A DNA stretch of 64,000 bases from Amphiscolops sp. MND2022 (taxonomy: Eukaryota): assembly GCA_964187785.1 (NCBI GenBank), contig OZ076412.1:56420001-56484000 (forward strand). Reading direction: 5' to 3'. A program made the translations under genes and the position numbers. Under the pieces are notes generated by a model. It was given only the letters and a program-made list of their open reading frames with translations. It had not been told where the DNA came from and did not search any database. Positions 23,849 through 36,289 of this stretch are shown one piece after another. The number at the start of each line of letters is the position of its first letter. The stretch's first letter is position 1.

Positions 23849-24810
23849 TATCTGATTGATCTCGTCAGACGCATACGCTTAGCTAAAAGATTAAGCCATG
23901 CTTTTGGAAGTCCTCTTGGAATTAGTGAGACCGCGAAAAGCTCCCTAAATCAGTTACACTCTACTTGCTTAATCTCATTTTTACAAGTATAACCTTGGTA
24001 ACTCTAAGGCTAATGCTTGAAGAGAGCGGAACGAGACCCTGGGCGCTTTTTCAAACTTTTACCGACTACCGACTAGGTCGTACCTGAGGGACTAGTAAGC
24101 CGCCGTGCATAGCATAGTTTGGTAACTGTATAACCCCATAAAGTGTTAAGTACAAATGCTACACTTGGGGATGGAGCTTTCGAGTTTCTGAGCCATCAAC
24201 CTAAGATGGTAGTGAAACGGACTACCATGGTTGTGACGGCTAACGGGGAATCTGGGTTCGATTCCGGAGAGGGAGCCTGAGAGACGGCTACCACATTCAA
24301 GAAAGGCATTAGGCACGGAAATTACCCACTTCTAGCGCGGAAAGGTAGTCACTAGTAATAACAAGATGAGCCCTTCGGGGTGAACCCTGGACTGGTGAGG
24401 AGGTATATATACCTCAGTAATTCTAGCTCAGGGCAAGTCTGGTGCCAGCCGCCGCAGTAGCAAAAGCCTGAGCAAGCGTATGCTTTAATTGCTGCGTTTA
24501 AAAAGCTGATTGTTGGATCTCATGAGAACTGTACTGAACGAAGGATAGACATGTGATACCGAGTATTGTCGCTCATCGCCCTTTGGTAGGCACTTTGCAC
24601 TTGTGTACAGCTGAACGACGAGAGGAATACACCTTGAGAAAATTATTGTGCTCAAGGCGAGTTTTGGCATTGAATTTAAGAGCATGGTATAATGGAGAGG
24701 GCCAGTAATCTGAGCGTGAGTCCAGGCGGTAATGATTCAAAGTAACAGGTGGGGGCATTTGTATTGTTTTAGTCCAGGGAGTTTAGTCCAGATCATTCTG
24801 GAAGTCTAAT
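23849..24810 (+). rRNA. 18S rRNA: 18S (SSU) rRNA, 5' half only, highly divergent; probably a dispersed pseudogene
   Basis: Colinear SSU landmarks: TATCTGATTGATC, AAAGATTAAGCCATGC, TAACGGGGAATCTGGGTTCGATTCCGGAGAGGGAGCCTGAGAGACGGCTACCAC, GGGCAAGTCTGGTGCCAGC, AAAAAGCT..GTTGGATCT and GGGGGCATTTGTATT. The 3' half is absent. Confidence 0.9.
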
Positions 24811-24849
24811 GGCAGATGTTCTATGCTGTGATCACTCTCTGAATCATCC

Positions 24850-27480
24850 AACATTTTATATAAGGGTCGGATTTCACAGTATTTGGCTCATTTTCCAGCT
24901 GTATTTCAAAGGCGACTTTCCATCCTTCTTCAGGTTTATTCGTAACGCGTACAAAATTCTGATGACCCTAAAATACTTTGTTAGTTCTATTTGTTTTTCG
25001 CGCGTAAGCGTTTTTCGACCGTGCGTATCAGTTGCTGGCATTACGGGTTCCTTTGATCGCGAACTGGACGAAATATCTAACTTACTCAAAAATGCTTATC
25101 AAATTGTGAAAGTGCCGAACTCACCAATACTGTGTTTGGATCTGTTGAGCGATTAACCAGAAAAATATCTATTTTAAAAAGCACATAGTTTCTCCCTTAT
25201 TTGATTTTCTGTAGAGAAACTGCTAAATCTAATGATATTTCGTTGTTTTCAGTTACTTTTCCTAATTGGCTCTGTCTTGAAATACTTTTCATACTTTTAC
25301 CTATTTGTAAGCAGTGTTCGCCCTGTCTTGCTTGAGCGATCTCCTTGCGGTGAATTCGTCGCCACCAGATATCCGAAACCATGTCTAGCATGGCATCCCT
25401 TTTGGGCGTGTAAATGTAAAGAGCACAAGATCAAAGCCCGCAATGACACTGGAATAACGTTCCAAGCAACGATCCAAGTAAAGATTTTCTCTCCCGTCTA
25501 GAGAAATCGATTGAACTTTTTCTCGCTGAGTAGAACGGAGCGAGATTACAGGTGCTCTTTGTAAAATTATAGGATCGCAGTGAGCGTTTGAATTAACTTG
25601 TTGCCTACACAACAACCTGGAAACAGGTTTTCAATGAGCGTCCGTATCAAAGGGCTCTGTTACATTTTTTTACTTGGTGTTGGTAGTGCTACAACTAATC
25701 TCACTAAGTCACCGCGAATTGCGTTCTTCACGCGATCGTATACACGCGTCTCATTCTATGAGAGTATTTCTTTAAATTTGTGCCGTCTTGCGTCGGTTGT
25801 GTGTCTTAGCGATGTTATCCAAACCACTCTTAGTGCTAAGTTTACTATCGACCGTGTACATCACTCCTCCCACAGCATTTTTGCTTTTGTAGCTGCTCCC
25901 TCAATTTGTCAAGAGTGCCTTGATAACTAACCCAAAAATAATCCACATTCCCAGGGTTCTTCTTGCGGCGTGTTTCACCTCAAAAACGAAGGTCAGTAGT
26001 CCATCCACCTATCTGGGCAACTGGCTTGAAAACGATTTACTTCGATTGTAATTCAGACAAAATTGCCTTCTGGTCAGAAATTACTTCCAACGTTATTTCA
26101 TACCAGTCTTTTTCTAACATTTCAATTGCAAATACTATCGTTGGAGCTCTAATGCAATAATAGAAAGTTTCATTTCAGACGGATGAAAATCTTGAAGCGA
26201 AGCTAATCGGTTCCCGATTCTCATTATTTTGATTTTTTGTAAAGCGTCCTCTGTTTCCTGTTTGCTTGCTTCCCAAATTAGTCTAGTGTCTAGGTTTCTT
26301 TCAAAATGTGACAACTGGCTACTTTCTTCGTTAATAAACGATTTTTCATGTTCTGCATTCTAATTATACTCTGCTTCTACTTTAAGGTAGTTCAAAAATA
26401 CCTTGAATTACAGCTACGTTGAATGAATTCCTTATAATGGATGATCGGCCCCAAAGTTGAGCGCATTTGTTTGATGTTCAGCTTTTCTATTTTCAAATAC
26501 TACGCATTTTCCCGTTACAAGCTGCAGTTTCGCACCATTCAGTACTTCCATGATTTCCCTTACTTTTCCAATTGTTCACTCTTGGTTCCTTTTGTTACAG
26601 TTAAAATGTCGTCTATGTGCACAAATACTGCTTTTACATTTTGAAGTTTGAGGACCAGCAACTTCTGGGTTTCTTGTGGCATTACTTCAAGGACGTAGTG
26701 TCCAATTTTAAAGCAAAACTTTCCATTGCGTTTTCCGGCGACTATTTAAAAATTGCAAAGCCTCTTTGAACGCTCATGAAATGGTGCTTGTCCGTAAGCG
26801 TAGGCCATATCAACAGACGAATTCCGCGCCTCCATTTCTTCTCTGTGTAGATTTTCAGCCATGATTCCTGATAATATCATTAGCTTCGGCGTTTGGAGAT
26901 TGTCTTCTGATTTATTTAAAGCTCGCACCGTCAAACACGCAAACTAATATTCCAACTTTCTTCTATGATGGCTTTTAGCTGAATGTTGTTCGTCTACAAT
27001 CATCTCTCTGCTGACCACGTGTCCTTCGGAAATGGTCTGCTGCAAACGTATTTGGTGAATATTGATACGGGAAAGCCTGTGTCAATGATTTGCTTGAGTT
27101 GTCTTCGACGGATTGACCCTACAATGATGCATGGTTTGTGTCATGCTAGTGAGGTAGTCCTTTTGAACTGTTCCACATGGTACCTCTAACAATTAGGAAG
27201 TGTTGTTAGCCTTTTCAAACTTTATCTCAAAACATTTCCAAGTTAAATGCTACAGTATCTATCAAGATTTTTATCGCGTTGTTATCGTCTTCTGTTCCAC
27301 TGTCCGTTCTTTTCTGAATTTGGACGACTGTAAGTTTCCCGCTGATTATGACTCGGATTATTTCGTCCTACACTTCATACTTGTCGTATAGACTCTGTAG
27401 GCAAAGACTATTCTTCGGTTCTGCTATTCCGTTTGTATCCCGTGGCGTCTGTCGTTTGGCATTGCATGAGACCTATTTTC
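24850..27480 (-). mobile_element. Degenerate Gypsy relic A (protease-RT-RNaseH-integrase)
   Basis: Minus strand: IIDTGFPVSIF (~27090), FVHIDDILTVTKGTK (~26620), EPISFASRF (~26210), integrase H/C remnant (MLDMVSDIWWRRIHR..HCLQIGK) and TDPNTVLVS (~25140). Confidence 0.75.
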
Positions 27481-28199
27481 ATTCGCCTCACAACTGTATT
27501 TAAAATCTCAAATTCTCCAAAAATTTTTTACACTGGCCCCTAGTGTATTCTTTTTTGTAATAATTGTACCTGTTTATATGTTTTAAAATTTCTAAAAACT
27601 TGAGCTTTTAAAATATTTGATGAAAAAGGAGTAGTTTGTTTGCATGTTATCAATAAACCCAATACGTCGTACAAGAAATTTACTCAGATAAAAACACAAA
27701 AAATAGGGTTTTTTTATACTGTAATAACTATTAGTTTCATTACTTCCGCGAAAAACATATACACAAATAATAATTCCTATACTGAAAAAAATTTTGTTAC
27801 ACAAACAGGATCTCTTATACAAATCCATAAAATCCTTGTAAAAGCGCATGATGTTGTGATTATGATGAAATTAAATTTGCAGTCGCTAGCTGCTTTTCGT
27901 CGAATCTCACTATCTTCAAACGACTATTTTCAATTTACTATTAATTATACGGTGCTTTCCAAAATTCAAAAAGTTATACTATGACCTTTAAAATTGTTTT
28001 TTTTTTGCTTTCATTTTTCACTCCTGACAAACTAACGATTTCTCGTCAGAAGTAGTTCAAATATTTCAACGATATTAAGCAGATCCAGACATGACTAACT
28101 CTTCATACTAAAAACTAGTTATAAATAACAAAGTAATTCTAACAGGATTACAGCATAAAACGGAAATAAGTTGTTCAATATGATTCAGATATTAGGCTG

Positions 28200-31100
28200 C
28201 GAAAAGAACTTTGTGATTTTTAAGGTTAACTCTCGATAATCCTCTTTGTCCTCGTAGTTTCCTCGGTGTCCTTGAACTTGAATTTCGAGGGCTTCGAAGG
28301 TGAGACTGGTGTTCACTTTGAATCGCAACCAGAAACGACATGGTTCAAAAACTTCTAAGCATTCGGTCTGGATTTGAGGAGATCCCATTCTCGTCAAGAT
28401 ACTCGCCAATGCTCTAAAAACAATGCCCGTACAATGTTTGAATAAAAAATTGATCAAGAGTTCCTCTTAACGATTTAGGATTCGCGCCATATTTAGTAGG
28501 ATATTAGCACATTTATGATACAATGGTTGTTTCGTTGAAACAAATGCAATGTCATTGGCTGGGTTATTATCGAAACAAAATCACAATGGATGCGATAATT
28601 GAAATCACGAGTTCTAAAAATATTCACAAGATGTATGAGGAAGCCTACTTTTAACATTTTTCAAACGTGTTAAGTTTAATAATACAAGTGTCTAGTAGTA
28701 ATAAAAATCATGTGGGGAAGCGTTTCAAGTCCTTCGTATACGGTTTATAAGGATTCCCAATAACAATGCTCCTACTTCAAGGCAAATTGGCCTATAAGGA
28801 AGCATGGAAATTTCTTATGAAGTTTTTTTTTCTCGTGATCCTCCGTTCTGATTCTTTTGAACGAACTTAATTCGATAACTAACTAAATTTTTTCGATGAC
28901 TTCGGGGTTTCGACCGGTTTGTGGTTTTTCTCGGTCATCGTTCGGACCATCTTGAAGTGATTTGTGATGTGGACTTCACTTTACACATTGATTGCAATTT
29001 GAGGCACATTAGTTGCTAAAATTTAAATGTAGGGCTTATCAAAAAGTATGTCTCTTCGTCATTAACAAATTTCTCTGCTTCGGTTGTTGGTTGTCTACAG
29101 TGATGGAGCGCGATTGGTGTTCTTTCAGTCCACTGGACTACAGTTAATGGCATCAACCGCTATGCTCGTTTCACACTTGCAGTAAAGTTTTTTCCGTTTA
29201 CCATGTTTGCTATTATTAGGTTTTTCAAAGTATGTATACTGGGTTGACAGTCTTTGATCTTCAAGCTATAATTTTTGCGTAACTCTTTTGAGATTAAAGT
29301 TATCGAACTTTATATTTTTTTTGGTATCCAGTATAAATTGGAAATCTGCAGCAAAAAGTTCATTACCACCTTGGTTTCCATTCACTGTAAACCATTTGCT
29401 AAATCAATCAATGCAATTATTCGTTGTACTTCTTTTTGTGCTACTTTATGTACCATATTTTTGTTATGTACTTTTCCTGTCACTTCGATTTGAATTTTTT
29501 GTCCGGAAATAGTTGTTTTTTTTCAGTTTTCCGTAAGGTTTCTTCGGTAGCTCGATTTTGAGTCTTTTACCAGGAGTGAGGCTTGACTGCACCTTCCTTT
29601 CGATATATTGTTTCATGTCTGGCTGCCACGATATCTTTGCCTCCGCTGTCATTTTAATTGTGTCGGATTGACCAGAAAGAAGTATATCGAGCATCTTTTG
29701 TCGAATGTCACCACTTTATGGTTGTCGACAAAGAGCAGGCTCCATCGTATTGGCAGCTTAAAGATAATCGGTTCGTAGCCTTCCAAAGCTGTCTATTCGT
29801 ACTTTCGGTGAATGTTCTTCAAGACCCGATTTCATTCCGGGTCATTTGCCGTTTTTAAGATTAAGCAAATCGAGTCAATAATGAACTCGCAATCGGTCTC
29901 TTTGATGTAATAATCTTTGAAGCAGACTTTCCCGTTGAAGTTAATTCTATCGATGTATTGCGCCTCTTAGCTTTCTGTGAAGCATTTGCTCGAGTCTCGG
30001 GTTCCTCATCTCCTTCTGAAATATTTTGTGTCTCCTGGTGCTTCTATTAATATCTGCTTCTCACTTTGTCGGAGCGTCCTAGTAGCTCTGCGTCAATCTC
30101 AGCAACCTCTACGCTACATCTCTAAAATCGAAAGTGACCGTGCGAATGCAGTTCGTTGTGATTGAGGTTTATATTGTTTCATTGTTCCCTGCCGGGATAA
30201 CGCATTGCTTTGCACCGTTATCATTCGGTTTTCCGGACTGTTGTTATATAATAACAAACACTCCTGGGGTTGCTCCGATCGGTAGAAATTTGGTCTGGTA
30301 GAAGTCTGGTTTAATTCCGCGGTTTCGGTGTTTAAGGTAATTACTTTTTCCTCCTCTCCCACTCTCTTTCCTCCCCTACCGGATTTCCACCGACATAAAT
30401 GGTAAACTTCAGGTTACTGACAATAATGTGTTGTACTGAATTATCGAAATCGTTATTTCTTTCGATTTACGTTTGATTCATTTTTCGGAAAACTTTTTAG
30501 TTTGCCTCCCGATTTTCATTTTTTTCATAAAACAGTGTTCGGAGTCAATCTGGATGTTCGGAAAACTTCGGCAATAAAAATGCAATGTCATTAATGGCTT
30601 CGAAGTTTGACTCTAAATCTTTTATACTTCCTGGTGATTTCAGTTTTAAGATTGCTTCCACTTTTCCTTCGTTCGGTTTTCTCAATCCTTCTCATCTATT
30701 CCATGTCCCAGACTTTGTTTGATTCTCGAAGAATTGAAATTTCTTGTTTGTTTTACGGAATAGCGTCCTGATTTGAAATAAATGTTAATCTCGGTGATTT
30801 TGTTGTTCAGTTGTTCTCTCATAGGTCCGTCAAAATTTTGATTACCTACACTTTCTCTGATTGGTTATTCTAAAACGAACAGATTCTTCAGACTGTCAAC
30901 TCTTCCTGTCCATTTTCTTCCCGTCCACTTCGCGTAGCGTTGATGTCCATTCTTTCGTGTCTTAAGATCCCAATTTTTGTTTGTCGTTTTTTTATATTAT
31001 GTATTTACCGGATTGTCAACCTGAAACTTTACTTCATTTTTGTTTACGTCTTGGGAGTTGTTTGATACCTTCTGCAAATCGTATGATTTCAATATTGTTT

Positions 31101-31650
31101 CGTCCAGTGGCTTCCTTGATACGGAATCAAACAAAGGTTTTTCGTATAGATTCGTTCTGCTCATCTATTTCTTTGTCGAATAGTTCCGTCATAGCTTGAT
31201 TAATGTATGTCTTTTCGTTGCTTCTCGTCCGGCGTGTGTTACAGTTTGAATCTAGAGGGAATATTTGTTAATGGGTGACAAATTTGGCGTGTTGCTGATT
31301 CGACATGATCGGTTTTCCAGCTCTTTGATTTTTCGTTCTTCCGATTTTTTCCGTCATTCGTATCGGTTCCCTACCCTGCCTATTTTTTTGCAGAAATCCT
31401 CGCTTGCGGTATTTTGTCCTTTAGTTCTTTTTTTTTCGAATGGTTTCTTTGCAGATATTTCAATAATTGTTTTCATTCAATTGTAGCGTTTTTTTCTTTG
31501 ATCATTTAGTCCTTTGAATTTTTGTCGTTACTCGTTATGTATTTTGATATCAAAAGCTCTTCTGTCGAGATTTTATTTAGTTTCATCTCGATTTCAATTG
31601 ATCATCTCGGCGAAATTCTTCTTGTGTTCATTCTTGTTTTGTCCAGAAGT
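28200..31650 (-). mobile_element. Degenerate Gypsy relic B (gag/pro to integrase)
   Basis: Minus strand: integrase zinc-finger remnant SGQSDTIKMTAEAKISWQPDMKQYIERKV...LPKKPYGKL (29464-29694) and a protease-like remnant near 31100. Heavily decayed. Confidence 0.55.
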
Positions 31651-31711
31651 TTTGTCCTGAAGTTTCTTCAGTTGCGGTAGGTATCGCGTGAAAACACAGG
31701 ACTGGGTCTTT

Positions 31712-31850
31712 AGTTAGAGACCGATGAAGTTCAACCTACTCAGACTATACAGTCAAAACAAAATATTGACAGTTATCAATCTCCAATAATCCGACAACCC
31801 AGCCACGATCAGAAGGAGTTCAGGTCCAAACAGGTTATGTACCACCCAGC
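31712..31850 (+). repeat. Copia 5' LTR (31712-31832) and degenerate PBS (31833-31850)
   Basis: Shares AGAGACCG, CAACC(T/A)ACTCAGACTATAC and GGAGTTCAGG with 35797-36024. Followed by GGTTATGTACCACCCAGC, which resembles the Copia half-tRNA-iMet PBS GGTTATGGGCCCAG. Confidence 0.7.
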
Positions 31851-34800
31851 AATTTGGTGAGTTTGTTTTTCAACCGTTTTCCTGCTCACTCTCACGATGC
31901 TTGTCTAATCTTTTTTTCTCGTTCTCAATTTTGTGCTTTTTTGCGTCTCGGGTATTCACAATTTTTGCTATTTTAGCCGTCTGTTACCGCCATGTTGCTT
32001 CCGTTAACTTTGTAGAATATTTTCGTGGTAATTCCTGTTTTGCTGCCCCGATTTTGTTTCAGTTACTTCCTTTTGCCTGATTCTGGCTTTTGTTTGGAAT
32101 TTGTGAGGGATGGATCGACCATGACAGTATCTCCAGTTCTCTGGCAGGGAAGAAGACTTTGCTGTGTGGCAGGAGCAATTCAAGGGGTTCTGTTTCACAA
32201 AAAAGCTGCTGAACGTGTTGAATGGAACCGATGCTGGTACGAATGACAAGAAGTACGGAATTTGGGCGTACTTGGTACAGTGTCTCGACAACCGCAATAT
32301 CCTGATGCTGACGAACTACTGCAAGGGTGATGGTCCGAAGCCATGGCAACTACTGTGGGACCACTTCAACAGCACCGAAACACCGCGGTTGATGAGCATT
32401 TTGGAGAAGTTCACAACACCGCGATTGGAAACCTTGTAGAGTTTTGGCCATGAAAAGAATAAACTTTGCAAAAAAGCCCCTTTTGAACCCTAGGTCAAGT
32501 GCCGAGACAGGAGAGTCAAACTTAGCCGAGGGCTTACTTTTCTTTTGCGATGGCAGTGAGACTGCTTTCACTAGCCAAACTGTCAGCTGAAGGAGCACAC
32601 TTTAGTCATCGACTCTGGTGCTTCCTTGCATATGTTTTTTGGCCGTTCTCTGTTCTTCGACTTTAGGGAAGGAACGCATTGCAAAGTGAAATTGCGAATG
32701 GGACTTTTTCGCAAGTTGAGGGTTTTGGAGAAGATTCTCTTTTACTGTTGGACCATGATGGGATTGAACGTTGTGTGACAATATCCGACTGTCTTTTTTT
32801 TCTTGATCATTCTCATAGCTTGATCAGCATTGGTAAGTTGATACAAAACGGGGCTTAAGTGAATTTTGGAATAATCTCTGAGAAGTTTTGTCAATGGAAA
32901 AGCAACTATTCTTTTTGAAAGAGCACGCTAAATGTTACGTTTTGAGAGGAAACACATTTGGTCTTTGTTCTTTATCCAGCGAGAACGAAGAAGCGGTGCT
33001 ATGGCCACACCGCTTTGGTCACAACCATTTCAAAAATGTGAAAAATTTGGCTAATCATGTTTCGGGAATGAGCTTGAAAAAATGGCTTTTGATAAACTTT
33101 GTTGTTGTGAAATTAGCAAAACTTCTAAGTCACGATGGCAAGCAGTATCGTGAAAAAATGGAGAGAAGAATTACTTCGAAACATGATTCCGTTTTCATTG
33201 AACTTTTGGGATCGATGCCAACTACTTCGCTTGGTGGCAATCGACGTGCAACTTTCTTTACGGATAGCTACAGCAGGTACTCAGCGGTAGATTTCCTCAA
33301 AGCGAAAGAGGAGTGCCTATATAAACTCAAAGTGTTTTGTGCGCAAGTGGGAACGCCAAGAGCAATCCGTTCTGATAATGGGAAATACTGCATTTCAAAG
33401 TTGTCTCGAAATTTTTGTATATCAAACAGAATCAAACGTGAGCATACTGCCCCCTTTTCGCCGCATAAAACTGGTGTGAGTCAACGTCGCTAGCGAACAA
33501 CAGTTGAAATGGCTCCCTACATGCTAAAAACAGCCAAATTCAGCAGTGAGTTCGGGTTCGGACCTAACACCCTGTTTTTTACATTTCAAACTGTTGCCCC
33601 CATGTAGTTTACCAGGTAAAACGCCCGTTCTTTGGTGAAAAACCAGATCTTTCCGGTTTGATTGTTTTTGGGTGTACTGCTTTCTTCCACATTGAAACGC
33701 ATCAAGACAAACTTTGCGATAAAGCCACCAAGGAAGTTTTTGTTGGTTAGTCTGAGGATTCCGAAGCTTACATTTTGTACAATCCTTACACTAGAAAAAC
33801 TCGTTTGATGAGACTTCTTTTGATTCTCTTGCTGCTGACCCAAGTCAAAACATCCGAGAACTGAGAAGCCGACACCGAAAAAAGTTTTGCCTGGAAAAGT
33901 GAAATATTTTTGCAAAAAGTCTTCAGTTCCTGTTTTACCGACTGAAACATTGAATGATTTCGAAACTGAAACAACCCTTACCCCATTGAATTTTTTTCAT
34001 CTGAAACATTGGTGCCATTGAAAGTTGTGTTTTTCCTCAGTCTCGAAATGGGATAGGTATTAAACTTCCTGGGTATCTCGACGACTATGTTCTTTTATCA
34101 GATGACAGAGAAGAGAATCTGAGATATGGTTAAGCAATGAAGTCATCGCTCGAATGCCAATGGACTGAAACTACTCGAAACGAGTACAATGCGCTGATTG
34201 AGAACAAGTACTGGGTGCTCCCTCGGCTTCCCCTAGGCCGAAAAACCATTGGTAGCCGGAGGGTGTTGAAAATTCAGCGACACAACGAAGGAACTTTTGA
34301 GAAATTTAAGGCTTGTTTCGTAGTCCAAGTGACTTCAAAAATTTTAGGAGCGATTACGATGCAAAATTTGCGCCTACTGCCAAACTTTGTATCTTGAGGA
34401 TTTGTTTTGCGCTCGCTGCTTCTCGGTCGACTTTTGGTTTTCAGTTAGACGTCCGTTCAGCCTTCCTCAATGCTCACTTAGGTGATGAAATTTACATAGA
34501 ACAACCAAAAGGCTTCGCGCAAGCGCGTGCTAATGGTGAAACACTTTTTTGCAAGTTTCAAAAATGCCTTTATGGTTTAAAGCAAGCAGAGAGGGAACGG
34601 AACAAAACCCTTATCCAGTGGTTTTTGAAGATCAAACTTTACAGTCTGCCGAGGATCATTTTTTTCGTTGCAGTGGGACCACGAATAAATTAGGATGACT
34701 GGACTAGGATTGATAGGACAACAATCCGCTGCAATTTGTACTAGTTTGGGTCGACAGTAATTTGTATTTGTACTCGTCCTTGTAAAGGGACTTGTACTTT

Positions 34801-35787
34801 TCAACCAACAACAAAATGCTGCATGATTTCAAGGCGAAACTCAGCGATGCCTTCGGAATCGATCATCGTGAGAAAGTCACTTGCTTTTTGGGATGCAAAG
34901 TTGAAAACTCACGCGGTCGCATTTCTCTGAGCCAGCGGTCATATAGAAAAGACATTTAGCGCGAAAACCATATATCTGATTGTAAATCAGTCAGTACGCC
35001 AGCTATACCCCAGAAGAAACAGTCTAAATTGGTCTGCCCCAACGAAGGTAGTGAAAACTCACTTGAATTTTGCGAACAGAAACTATATGGTAGCTTTGTT
35101 GGATGTCTGTTTTTAGTCAACCCGATAGTTGTTGTCTATAATTTAGCGCAATTCCTATCAAATCCCTGTGGAGCCCATTGGTGTCGTTTCGGTAGTTTTG
35201 TCTCTTGGGCGTCTAAAAAGCAAGTGTGTGTGGCACTTAGCTCTTGTGAATCCGAGTATGTTTCGTTGACTTTGGCTGCAGTGGCAGCAATCTATTTGCA
35301 AGACTTGCTGACATTCTTCTGCTTGATGATGGTGGACATGCCTGTTCTGTTCTGTGTTGACAACCAAGGGGCACTCGCACAGGCCAGCAACCCTGTCGCC
35401 CACAAACAAGCTAAACACATAAAACCCCTACGCCCCTCCATCCGTCAACTGGTTGAGGACAAACGCATTCAATTGTCTTATGTCTCCACAAAGAACAACC
35501 TGGCTGATATCTTCACCAAGAACCAACCCAAGCCTGCCTTCAATCAGCTCTCATCGCAACTCTTTATCATTCACTCATCTCAATCATCATTTTCACCCTT
35601 GCCTCCCCCACAACTCAATTATTTTACTTTACACACTAATATGTTTATGTTATAACTAGGACTTTGACGACCTCCTGCTTCTCTTCAACAGTTGCATTGA
35701 GCCCTCTCAATTGCTGCCTCGACACGACAGATGGTCAAGCAGTGGTTCGCCATCATCAACCAACAACAACCCTTGGAGAGTCTCATC

Positions 35788-36024
35788 GAGCGAGGGTGTC
35801 AGAGACCGTTGAAAGTCAAAGGACCATTGAAGGTCAACCAACTCAGACTATACCAGATCTAACTAATTTAATTTATTTTTGTTGTTTGTAAACATTTACC
35901 TGTCATTTTTATCTCAGTTGACTGAATCTTTCTCTCAACACATCTAGAAGTAAAGTATTAACCATAATCAATCTTCAATACTTCAACAACCCGGCCACAA
36001 TCAGCAGGAGTTCAGGCCCTAACG
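35788..36024 (+). repeat. Copia PPT (35788-35796) and 3' LTR (35797-36024)
   Basis: GAGCGAGGG then TGTCAGAGACC, ending CCCTAACG. Confidence 0.7.
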
Positions 36025-36289
36025 CCTTTCGTTTTGATGCTGTCGGGTCCTGTTTTGTAAAGTGCTTCGGATATTAAACCTCATATAAAATCCTGTTTTA
36101 TTGCTTATCTTTTGCCGGTCTCTCTGGTTTCTGTTACAACTTCTTCCAAAATGTATTTATTTGGTCTCGGTGCTGTCGGGTTCCGTTTTGTGCTCGTCTT
36201 TCGTTATCTGGTAGAGTGTTTCAGGTTTTAAACCTCAAATAAAATACTGTTTTATCGTTTCACTTCTTAAAAATTTACGGATCTCCCTA

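Larger units (their letters stand above)
31712..36024 (+). mobile_element. Ty1/Copia LTR retrotransposon, decayed
   Basis: gag (32164), VIDSGASLHM (~32605), LWPHRFGH, integrase IRSDNG, RT (QLDVRSAFLN, CLYGLKQA), RNase H (SSCESEY, DNQGA, NLADIFTK) in Copia order. Short diverged LTRs; TSD TCTTT/CCTTT. Confidence 0.93.

Noticed and set aside
23849-24810. Intact functional rDNA unit or simple contaminant contig
   Set aside because: The 3' half, ITS, 5.8S and 28S are absent, and the segment is embedded among host-type TE relics.
27592-27984. Overlapping AT-rich ORFs on both strands
   Set aside because: Low-complexity Asn/Ile/Lys/Phe-rich translations typical of AT-rich non-coding DNA.
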